64,000 nucleotides of DNA from Octopus vulgaris (Eukaryota): the NCBI GenBank assembly GCA_951406725.2, contig OX597815.1, forward strand, positions 174,902,001 to 174,966,000, given 5' to 3'. The notes beneath the pieces were generated by a model. It searched no databases. It saw nothing but the letters and a program-made list of their open reading frames with translations, and was not told the origin of the DNA. Below, one piece after another: positions 1 through 10,200 of the stretch (its first letter is position 1; each line of letters starts with the position of its first letter). A program made the translations under genes and the position numbers.

Positions 1-126
1 CTGTGCTCCTTGACAGGACAAAGGAAATGCCACTGACCTGAACAACAGGAACACCGTTTCGATCCCAGCTAATGGAGAAAGGGACATGTTTTCTTTTTGT
101 TCGTCTTATTTTTTGCGTTCGTATCA

Positions 127-139
<13 letters not shown>

Positions 140-157
<18 letters not shown>

Positions 158-850
158 AGAAATTAAAAAAGGAAAATACGCACACTTACATGGTTATAAT
201 ATAATTTTTAATGTATCGACCGGTTTCGCAATCGCTATTCATGATATAATGTTTAATTTATATGAATATATATATTTTTTCTTAAGAAGAAATTTGGTTG
301 ATGTTGTTTGTAATGAAATTCACGAGTGAATGATTTTACAAGTTGACAAGTAAAGGGAGGTAATTGGTTGTTATTATTGTTATTGTTGTGTGTAAGATAG
401 ATGACTGTTTAGGTTTTGGGTGGGGAATAAATATGTGTACAGAAAGGAGACAGGTTTAAAAAAAGGGGACCTTGTTTAGTAGGGGATTTATGTACAATGA
501 TGTAATATGTAAAAATATAAAAGTTGGTTATGCATGCATATTAAGACGTGTTTTGTATTTTTCAATGAAAAAAGTTTCTTTATTTAAGCGTTCTAGTTGA
601 GAGATTGTGTCTTTGCACTGGTAGAAAGGGAAGACTGTAAAATTTGGTTTGATGTTACCTGCTCATTTTTCTGTGTTCACAAAGAGGAATTTGTCTGTAT
701 TGCAGGAAACGGATTTGCTCCTTATGCAGAGTGATTATCTTCCTCAAAATTAAACTCGTTTGTCCAATGTACTGATGACTGCAACCCGAGCAGGTTATTA
801 CATAAATTAGGTTCTCAGAGGCACAGGTGAAACTAGTTTTAATTGTGAAC
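140..850 (-). mobile_element. Penelope-like element 3' fragment: GIY-YIG endonuclease plus terminal repeat with hammerhead
   Basis: Minus-strand translation FTCASENLIYVITCSGCSHQYIGQT...LHKEQIR...CEH, then FPFYQ...ETFFIEKYKTRLN; one frameshift. Confidence 0.85.
211..250 (-). ncRNA. Minimal type I hammerhead ribozyme fold with variant core (A3-U8)
   Basis: UAUAUC-AUGAAUA-GC GAUU GC-GAAA CCGG UC^GAUACA: stem I, short stem II, palindromic ACCGGU stem III, GUC cleavage triplet; directly downstream of the PLE endonuclease. Confidence 0.65.
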
Positions 851-859
851 CTCTGTCCT

Positions 860-869
860 TGTATGTATG

Positions 870-900
<31 letters not shown>

Positions 901-1062
901 ATATGTATGTATATATGCGTGTGTCTTTATATATATATATGTATATATATTGGTGTATATATAAATAATATATATATATATACATGTATATATATATATG
1001 TGTATATTTATATATATATGGGTATATGTGTATGCATATTAGTATATATGTATATATATATA
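860..1062. repeat. Compound (TA)/(TG) microsatellite; similar tracts at 1407-1530, 4740-4925, 32730-32760, 35010-35048, 42423-42476 and 59871-59910
   Basis: Direct inspection. Confidence 0.95.
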
Positions 1063-1082
1063 TCAAATGGAAATTGTAGTTA

Positions 1083-1406
1083 AGACACCTGTGCAGGTGA
1101 CATGTAAAAAGCACCGTCCGATCGTGGCAGGTGCCAGTGCTGCCTGACTAGCGTCCGTGTTGGTGACATGTAAAAGTACCAACCGATCGTGGCCGCTTGC
1201 CAGCCTCATCCAGCCCCTGTGCCGGTGGCACGTAAAATACACCCACTACACTCACAGAGTGATTGGCGTTAGGAAGGGCATCAACCTGTAGAAACACTGC
1301 CAAACCAGACTGGAGCCTGGTGCAGCCTCCATGGCTTACCAGACCCCGGTCAAACCGCCCAATCCATGCTAACATGGTAAACGGATGTTAAATGATGATG
1401 ATGATG
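1083..1406 (+). mobile_element. RTE-LINE 3' tail copy (5'-truncated LINE or tail-sharing SINE) ending in (ATG)n
   Basis: Same sequence as the 3'UTR of the RTE LINE at 1536-4730 (GGCGTTAGGAAGGGCATC...CCATGCTA...ATGATGATG); many further copies occur across the window. Confidence 0.8.
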
Positions 1407-1497
1407 TATATATATATATATATGCATGTATATATATATGTATATATGTATATATATGTATATAAATATGTATATATGTATATATATGAATGTATGC

Positions 1498-1530
<33 letters not shown>

Positions 1531-1535
1531 ATGTA

Positions 1536-4500
1536 TATCATCATCATTTAATGTCCGCTTTCCATGCTAGCATGGGTTGGATGATTTTGACTGAGGGCTG
1601 GCGAGCCAGATGGCTGCACCAGGCTCCAATCTTGATCTGGCAGAGTTTCTACAGCTTGATGCCCTTCCTAACGCCAACCATTCCGAAAGTGAAGGGGATG
1701 CTATTTACGTTCCACCAGCACTGGAGCCAGTCAGGCGTCACTGGCAACTACCTCGCTCAAATCGTTTTACATGTGCCAGTGAAGTGACATTGGTAATGAT
1801 CACGCTCGAATGGTTCTCTAGGCACCCTACTAGCACAGGCACAAGTGCCAGTAAGGCGATGTTGGTAATGATCATACTCGAATAGCCGCTCTGTCAACGA
1901 TTACACTCATATGGCGCTCTTTGCACCCCGCTTGCACGGATGCCAGTCATCAAATTTGATTTTGGTTTTGATTTCACTTGCCTCAACAGGTCTTTTCAAG
2001 CAGAGTTTAGTGACCAAGAAGGAAAAGGTACACATAAGCGGGCTGGTTACGCTCCTGGCATAGGCCACAGGTTATGGTCTCATTTGGCTTGCCGGGTCTT
2101 CTCGAGCAAAGCATATTTCCATAAGTCTCGGTCGCTAGTCATTTCCTTGGTGAGGCCTGTTCAAAGGTCGTGCTTCACCACTTCATCCCAGGTCTTCCTG
2201 GATCTACCTCTTTTACAACTTCCCTCAACCGCTAGGGTGTGGCAATTTTTCATGCAGCTATTCTCACCCATTCTTGCCACATGACCATACCAGTGCAGTC
2301 TTCTCTCTTGCACACCACATCTAATGCTTCTTAGGTCCAACTTTTCTCTCAAAGTACTTACACTCTGTCGAGTATGCACACTGACATTACACATCCATCG
2401 GAGTATACTGGCTTCATTCCTTGCGAGCTTATGCATGTCCTCAGCAGTCACGGCCCATGTTTCACTGCCGTGTAGCATGGCTGTTTGTATGCATGCGTCA
2501 TACAGTCTAACTTTTACTCTGAGCGAAAGGCCCTTTGTCACCAGCAGAGGTAAGAGCTCTCTGAAATTTGACACAGCTATTCTTATTCTAGCAGCTACAC
2601 TTTCAGCGCACCATCCTTCGCTACTGACTTGGCCATCTGGATAATGGAAGCTATCAACTACTTCTAGTTTTTCTCCCTGGAATGTGGCAGAAGTTGGTCT
2701 CTGCACATTTTCAGTGTTTATCGCTCCCGAGAATCTGCCACATACAAAAACTATCTTCCCAGTTAGCCTTGCTTTGATATTACTGCACCTCTTATGTGTC
2801 CATAGCTTACACTGGGTATATCTTATAGAGTTTCTACCTATGCCTCTACTACAGATTGAGCAGGGCTATCTACCTGAAGGGATTTGTGGTTTGCCTGCCT
2901 TCCTACTTATTAGGACTTTGGTTTTAGCTAGGTTGATTTTAAGGCCCTTCGATTCTTATCCTTGTTTCCACACTTGAAACTTCTACTCTAGTTCTGATAG
3001 TGACTCAGCAATTAGAGCAAGGTCGTCAGCATAGAGGAGCTCCCAGGGGTATCCTGTCTTGCATTCCTCCGTTATTGCCTGGAGGACTATGATAAATAGG
3101 AAGGGGCTGAGGACTGAACCTCCATGGACCCCAACCTCTACCTTGAATTCTTCAGTGTACTCATTATCTTACTGACAGCATCCCTGTACATGGCTTGCAC
3201 AGCTCTCACGAACCATTCATGTATCCCTAGTTTCCTCATTGACCACCAGATAAGGGATCGGGGGACCCCGTCAAAGGCTTTCTCCGTGTCAATGAAAGCT
3301 AGGTACAGGGGCTTATCTTTGGCTAGGTATTTCTCCTGCAGCTGTCTCACCAGAAATATGGCATCAGTGGTGCTTTTCCCTGGCACGAAACCAAACTGCA
3401 TCTCATCCAAATTGACTCTCTCCCTAATCAGTTGGGCTATGACCCTCTCCATAACCTTCATTACCTGATCCAACAGCTTGATACCTCTGTAATTATTTGT
3501 ATCTTGGGCGTCACCTTTACCTTTGTAGCAGTTGACTAGTATGCTGCTACACCAGTCATTGGGTATAACTCCTTCATGTATCACCTGGTTAACTATACGG
3601 GTGACTAGGCTATAGCCGTCACTACCAGATATTTTGAGCATCTCTGCAGTAATTCCTGATGGGCCTGGGGCTTTCACTGTCTTCATGCTTCTAATTGCCT
3701 TAACTACCAAGGAACTGTCAACTCGGATTGCTGGTCCCTCTGTTGGGTCGACATTCAGCAGACTCTCTTTATCCCATTCATTTTCTTTATTCAGCAACCT
3801 TTCATAGTGGCGTCTCCAAATCGCTCTCTTTGAATCCTCATTTAACGCAAGTGAACCATCATCCATGTGAACACATTTTTCTCCTACCACATCACGATTC
3901 TCTCTCACACACTGTCTTGCAACACGAAATACCTCAAGTCTTTGGTCCTCACGGCGCAGAACATTGGCAAATTTTTTCTTATCTGCTTCCCCTCTGGCTG
4001 AATAAACCTGCCTCCTAGCTTCCCTTCTGGCAGTCTAATACAATTCCCTGCTACTACCGTTCTTCCAAGCCTGTTTCTTTTCTCTAACAGCCCAGTCAAA
4101 AACATTGTTCCACCACCACGTTATTTTGGGTCGAGAGGGGACTTTGCACCAGATCTGGTCAGTGGCCCTCAGCAGGTTGTCCCATAGAAACCTCCAGTTG
4201 TCTTCTACACCATGTGAAGCTATATCCCCTTCTATTTCGTCAAAGGCTTCAAGTAATATGTTTCTAAATCTCTGTCCATTCGCAGGATCTTTAAGCTTCC
4301 AAGTCACCAGCCACAAAGAGAAGGTCCCTGTCATTTGTCAACGAGGTAGTCTGCAAGAGGGTGTCATAGAATCGGTCTTTCTGTCCATCGGGTAGCCCTG
4401 GCTGAGGGGCATAGGCCGAGATAATGGTTGCCTACCCATGATGAAGCACTAATCTAATCTTAAGTATTCTGTTGCATACTCTGACTACCTCAATTACCTT

Positions 4501-4730
4501 ATCCACCCATTTCTCAGCAAGAAGTATACCCACGCCCCTGACTCCATCAGTGTTCCCTGCCCAGAAAATCTTGTGCCTGTTACTTCTTGGATGCAGCACA
4601 TATCGACACATCTCTGTTCAAGCTTCTCAACAATCTCACCAGACCTACCTTTCAGTGTGCCAACCCTGAGGGTGTGGGAGGTATGGGCCTGTGAGACCCT
4701 GGGACGGGGGACAGTAGCTTCATGTACCTG
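1536..4730 (-). mobile_element. Near-complete degenerate RTE-clade LINE (AP endonuclease + RT)
   Basis: TLRVGTLKGRSGEIV (APE start), KAPGPSGITAEMLK, YKGKGDA..NYRGIKLL, QFGFVPGKSTTDAIF, GSVLSP/YADD near 3030-3125, MLHGSETW, RRLHWYGHVARM, GRSRKTW; frameshifts and stops; (ATG)n tail at about 1536. Confidence 0.92.
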
Positions 4731-4929
4731 AATATACCTATATATATATACACACACACACATATATTATATATATATACATATATACACATAGATATAT
4801 ATATATATATACACATATGTACATATACAAATATGTATATATATATATATATATATATTTGTATATATACATATACATACATACATATTCATATGTATAT
4901 AAGCACACACTCATACACACACATATATT

Positions 4930-5295
4930 TTCTTGTACTTGTTTCAGTCATTTGACTGTGGCCATGCTGATGCACCGCCTTCAGTTGAGCAAATCAACCC
5001 CAAGAATTACTCTTTGTATGCCTAGTACTTTTCTATAGTTCTCTTTTGCCAAACTGCTAAGTTAAGGGGATGTAAACATACCAGCATTGGTTGTCAAGCA
5101 ATGTTAGGGGAACAAATACACAAACACAGACACACACATATATGTCTACGACAGACTTCTCTCCGTTTCCGTCTACTAAATCCAATCATAAGGTTTTGGT
5201 CGGCCTGAGACTCTAGTAGAAAACAGTTGTACAAGGTGCTATGCAGTGGGTCTGAACCCTGAACTGTGTGGTTGTTAATCAGGCTACTTACCACA
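4930..5295 (-). mobile_element. tRNA-derived SINE, family A; other copies at about 15490-15845(-), 22270-22560(-), 26423-27305(-) and 37388-37780(+)
   Basis: Shared consensus GTGTGGTAAGTAGC...GGTTCAGTCCC...CACCTTGGGCAAGTGTC...GGATTTGGTAGACGGAAACTG...CAGCATGGCCGCAGTCAAATGACTGAAACAAG with A/B-box-like head. Confidence 0.8.
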
Positions 5296-5399
5296 CACAC
5301 ACACACATATGGTTTGATTTGATTTGATATAGTTTCTGCTCATGAGCTGTTGCCATGCTGGCACACCACCATTTGATGTTGATATATAATTTTACTTCA

Positions 5400-6530
5400 C
5401 TATTGCTTTTTAGAAATTGACACTTGATGCATGAGGGAGTTTGATGCCACTGCCCTCTTCTGCCGAGAAGTTGGCTCATCTGGACCACTTGACCGTAAGA
5501 GGTCCAGTTTCATTTCGAAGCCACCTGCATCCACCCCATGCAGTTCTCTCAGGTCCTTTGGGAGGATATTGAAGAGTTGTGATTCCCTGAAGACCAGGCT
5601 CTTGCAGTATCTTGTCCTATCTCTTGAATGCAAATTTGGAGTCCTTGGCGACCTGTTCTAGTATTTGTGTAACTCTTGATGCCAAAGTTTGAGACAAGCC
5701 CCTCCAGGATCTTCCAGATGTATATTATGGCATATCTTTCTCGCCTACGCCCTAAGGAATAAAATCTTAATCTCTTGAATCTTTCTCTGTAGCTTCGTTG
5801 GATTGCCTCAAGTTCGGCAATTAATCTGACACTGGTTCGTGACCACAGCTGAGAGCAATAGTCAAAGTGTCTTAGAACAAGTGTCCTCCAAAGGACCATC
5901 ATGGTTTCCCAATCTCTTGTTCTAAAAGTTCTAAGAATCCATCAGATCAGCCACCTTCATTTCATTGCCAACTTAGCAATATGCACATGGAAGGATGCAT
6001 CATTACTCATGTAAATGCCCAGTTTTTGCACTGACTGTGCCTCTGGGATTGCACTCCCACCAGTTCCAGTGTATTTATTAGGTATTGCATTTAGCTTTGC
6101 ATGTTGATAGCACAAGGCTTGAAGCTTTTGAGCATTAAACTGCATGCTATTCTTTTCAGCCCACTTGTATATTTCATCCAGCTCACATTGCAGATGCAGT
6201 CTTCGGGGTTCTGTATCACCAGTGAGACTTTTGTATCATCTGCTTAACTTATAATTGTGGCTCTCTGTGTGGCTGAGGGCATGTCTGAGAGGGCCATTAT
6301 GAACAGTAGTAGTCCCAAAACAGTGCCTTGCAGAATACCACTCACTATTTGCATGTCATTGGAGGTGACCCTATTGGCTACTACCACCTGACTTCTATCT
6401 TTCAGAAAGTCATACAGCCAGTCTCCCAATTTTCTGACTATGCCGAGATCATGCAGTTTGTGACATATCATACCATGATCGACTTTATCAAAGGCCTTTG
6501 CATAATTGAGATATATCCCTTCCACATTTG
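5400..6530 (-). mobile_element. CR1-group LINE RT fragment (degenerate)
   Basis: YAKAFDKVDH, SGILQGTVLGLLLF, MQFNAQK, LVLRHFDYCSQLWS, RRRERYAIIYIWKIL. Confidence 0.85.
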
Positions 6531-6879
6531 AGTGGGAAAAGGGACCAATAGAATAAATACCAGGCTTTAAAAAATTAGTACTATGGTTGATTTGTTTGAC
6601 TAAACTTCAGAGGGGGGGATGTCCCAACATGACTGAAACATGTAAAAGAGGACAGATTTATCTGCTTGTCTCTAGTTTCCCTGGACACTAAATGGATTTT
6701 AGAAAAATCTATCCACTCAACTACCTGAGAGATCCCACTTGCATTAGATAAGATGAAATAAATAAAGAAGACATACACCACATTTTCAAAAAATATAGTA
6801 AACCAAACCGGAGTAAATGTGTAGAAATATAATAAATATATTTGACTAAAATTAAATACAGTAAATCTTCATTGAGTGT

Positions 6880-6885
6880 TTTATT
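6880..6885 (-). terminator. Candidate polyadenylation signal (AATAAA) for GATD3
   Basis: TTTATT on + strand about 240 nt past the stop codon; AT-rich context makes chance occurrence plausible. Confidence 0.4.
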
Positions 6886-7123
6886 GGGAACATCTGCCCA
6901 ATTTTACAGCATCTTCATTTCAAAATTTCTCTAAATTCCCAAGTGTGAAATTAATGTTGCCATTGAGGGAGATCTTTCTTTTTTTTAGTTTCATGTTATT
7001 TAATTTTTTAAATAATTGAATTGTTTTTTTTTTTTTACTGTTATCTAATAAGTGAATGAAACTGCAATCAGAAGAAGCAAAACAGCAATATTTGCTGCAC
7101 GCTTGGAAGTAAAAAAAAAGAAG

Positions 7124-7249
7124 TTATTTAACCAGCTTCAGTACTCCTGTTACCATTTCACCAATACCATCAAAAACTTCGTGTACTGCTGTTTCACACA
7201 TGAAGGCTGGAACAGTCACAATGCGGTTATTGACATCAATATGGGCTTC
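7124..7249 (-). CDS. GATD3: GATD3/ES1 exon 7 (terminal)
   Basis: [20 protein letters not shown]...LKLVK, TAA at 7124-7126. Confidence 0.93.
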   Translation of the reverse strand, partial: EAHIDVNNRIVTVPAFMCETAVHEVFDGIGEMVTGVLKLVK

Positions 7250-10200
7250 ATAAAAAAACAAATGGTCAAGAAAAATAACAAAAAAATAACAAATAAAACC
7301 ATTTTATCAAAACTGTTTCAATTCCAACCTGCCTTAGACTGTATTATAGAACCAAGGGCAAATCATCATTTTAAAAATTATCTAAATTAAAACTTTACAT
7401 CAAAACTTCAGTTTAATAACAATTATTTGAATAAATTCTTTGATATTTTCAAAATGAATCACCATTAGGGTCATCTATTACCCTGAGAAAGTGTTAGAGA
7501 ACCACTGACGACACTTCTACCTAGGCCAACCTCATCAACTCCTTTCAGTTTTCTGCTTACCTCTGTGAACTGAAAAAAATTTATATTTTCATACAGCCTT
7601 CCAACCTAGGAGCAATACAGGCATTCAACTTACTAGAAATAGCAGACAAATTTTCCACAAATCATTTTAAATACTCAAAAAGACAAGAGAGTAACAAGTG
7701 GAACACATTTTATCATAAGTTTCTTCATTCAGAGCTAACCTGCAACTGAATAATAATTTGCTCTTTTGGAAGGCCAAGGTCTTGAAACCTCCATCATAGT
7801 ATTTCAAACAGATGAAATTTATAAGCCACATAGATTATCTATCTAGAAGGGCAGATACTCAGATAACACTCTAATACAGAGTAGAAGGAACTTTTTAGTC
7901 CAGTCAAACACAATATTTCTAATAAAAATTCGTACTATAAGACACAGACATCAGAGTTGGCCATCTTTTTCTCTGTTGTATATGTTTGATGATGAATGGC
8001 AGCAATGAGTGATAATGATACAAAGTGAAACAAGTGAGATGTAAACACAAACACACAAGTCTTCTTTCAGTTTCCCTTCTATGGCCCGGAGATTATAGTA
8101 AAAGAGGGGACATGCAGTGGGACTGAATCTGAAACCACATGGTTGGAAAGTGAAGTTCTTCACTGCATAGTAATGACTATGCTTATACTGAAAATTAGAA
8201 ATGATGTGTGTTTCATCTTAACATGATTAATTTCTATCCTGATACATGTACTTTTCAGATGTCTACAGTTATTTCAGGAGGCAGAATTTTTCTACCAAAT
8301 AGTCAAAGAATATGGACCATAGGATTTTTTGAGACAAACAAACAACAGACACTAACTAGAGTAATGCCATCATGAGCAACCTGATGAAGGTAATACAAAG
8401 ATATGAATTTCATGTAAATATCTCGTAATATATTGTTAGATATTCATAAACCATGGCATACACTCAACAAATTTGGTGATAAGCCTTAACAAAAGAACAA
8501 CTGCCCGAATGAATATGGCTTTGATGGGATACATTACTTTCATTTCTCTCAATTTTGTGTAGTATTATTCAGCAATTTCTTTTTTTCTAATTGTTCATAC
8601 AACCATTTTCAGCCAAAACCATTTCAATGAGAAAATAAATAGATAAAACTTTAAGAAAAAGGCTACCAGACAGCGATAATTTTCCAATTTCTTAATAATA
8701 CAATAAACAGATTTCTGCAATCCAAAAAAGAAGAAATACATTTCATTTTAGTTTTATGAAAAGAGAACCACTTTTTAAATTGGAAACCAAAGGATATTGT
8801 AACATCTTTGTTGATATGTGTGGCACCCAGTTCCTTAATGTCCTTTGTTGTTCTTGCATATGGCCATCTTTCGTCTTCTTTGTCAGATCCTACTGTCACC
8901 TCACAACCAGGTATCACTTTAGCAGCCAAGACAGGAGCAATGCAGCACAAACTGGTTTAATGAAATAAAAGATTCAAAAGAAATGTATACTGTCAATTAT
9001 CATTGTTATTCTCTTCACAAAAGGAACAACTGTCTTAACTATAACTTTGGTTACAATAATAATAAATTTATTGTATACAATGCTCAGGTGCACCACAACT
9101 CATCAGAAAAAGTAGCCAAAAGTGCATGAACAGTACACAGAATATGCACAGAAAGTGAACAGTGAATAAGTTGTTTAAAGAAAAGTAAAATAAATTGGGG
9201 GTGAAAACCAAATGTAAGGAAGCATGGAAGCTTTGAAGATGTAGCGTCCCAACAGCTGACAACTGATACAGGGAATTTCTTCCATTCTTCAGTGATTCTG
9301 AGTGCAAAAAATTGTTTCCAGAAGTCATGGGTGCTGTATTATGGTGATTGACAAATTCTCATTCACAATTCCTTTATCATAATCTCGCAGATACCTATTT
9401 TTGGCAGGGTTTTACCTTATGAAACATTTAAAAGGAATTTACATACAGTTACAAGGAATGTAATATAAACCAGTCTAAAAACTCAATCTTCAACTATGCA
9501 ACAGCACTAATAATACATAACTAAAATTGTGTTGAGAATATTAGACATTCAAGTACCCTTTTTCTGGTTGTTTATCTCTTCCTCAGAACAAAGAATTATT
9601 TCATCCATTAATGGATATTGTCACTGTTTCACTGTTACTTGTTGTCATGTGATGGAGTATAGGCCAGTTTTCAAAGTCACAAATGAGCTATTGCAGCACA
9701 TTCGTTCTGCTGAATAAGATGTCAGACTCTTGTATGTTCAATACTGTTGTCTATCAAAACAGTCATATAATTACATAGTACAATTATCTCCTTATCACTT
9801 TTGGTCAAATAGAACTCTGATTGAAAGCATTTCAATCATAACCATTCTGTCTATTTTATATAATATCCAATATGTCCTTCTTTGTCAGTAGAATATGATT
9901 TGAGGAAAATTTGGTTGCTATTTCAAGCAGACAAAGAGACCATAGTGAGATGAACATTTGCCAATGAATTTATATAAAGGCAGATAAACGCTTAAGGAGA
10001 GGTAATTAGTACAAAACTCAAAAGATTAGTATTTCTTGCTTAAGATATTGGGTGGTTAGGTAAATTCGTTCATTTTGAGTGGAGGGATTGTTTTCTTTAT
10101 TACTTATACTAGGGCATCCATTAAACGATGTGTAGTTTAATGTTCTATTTTTTCTCATGTATACCCAAAAGTAATTGAAAGTATCAATAACCAGTTTTAC

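Noticed and set aside
839-1787. ORFs rich in Y/I/H/C/V (also 4494-5038, 39269-39714, 43806-44056, 58853-59162)
   Set aside because: Translations of (TA)n, (CA)n, (GA)n and (CAC/CAT)n microsatellites; only 39269-39371 is a real exon
8663-8797. Read-through C-terminus [10 protein letters not shown]... of ORF 8663..8950
   Set aside because: ES1 similarity stops at the U12 donor; the conserved C-terminus is in exon 7124-7249
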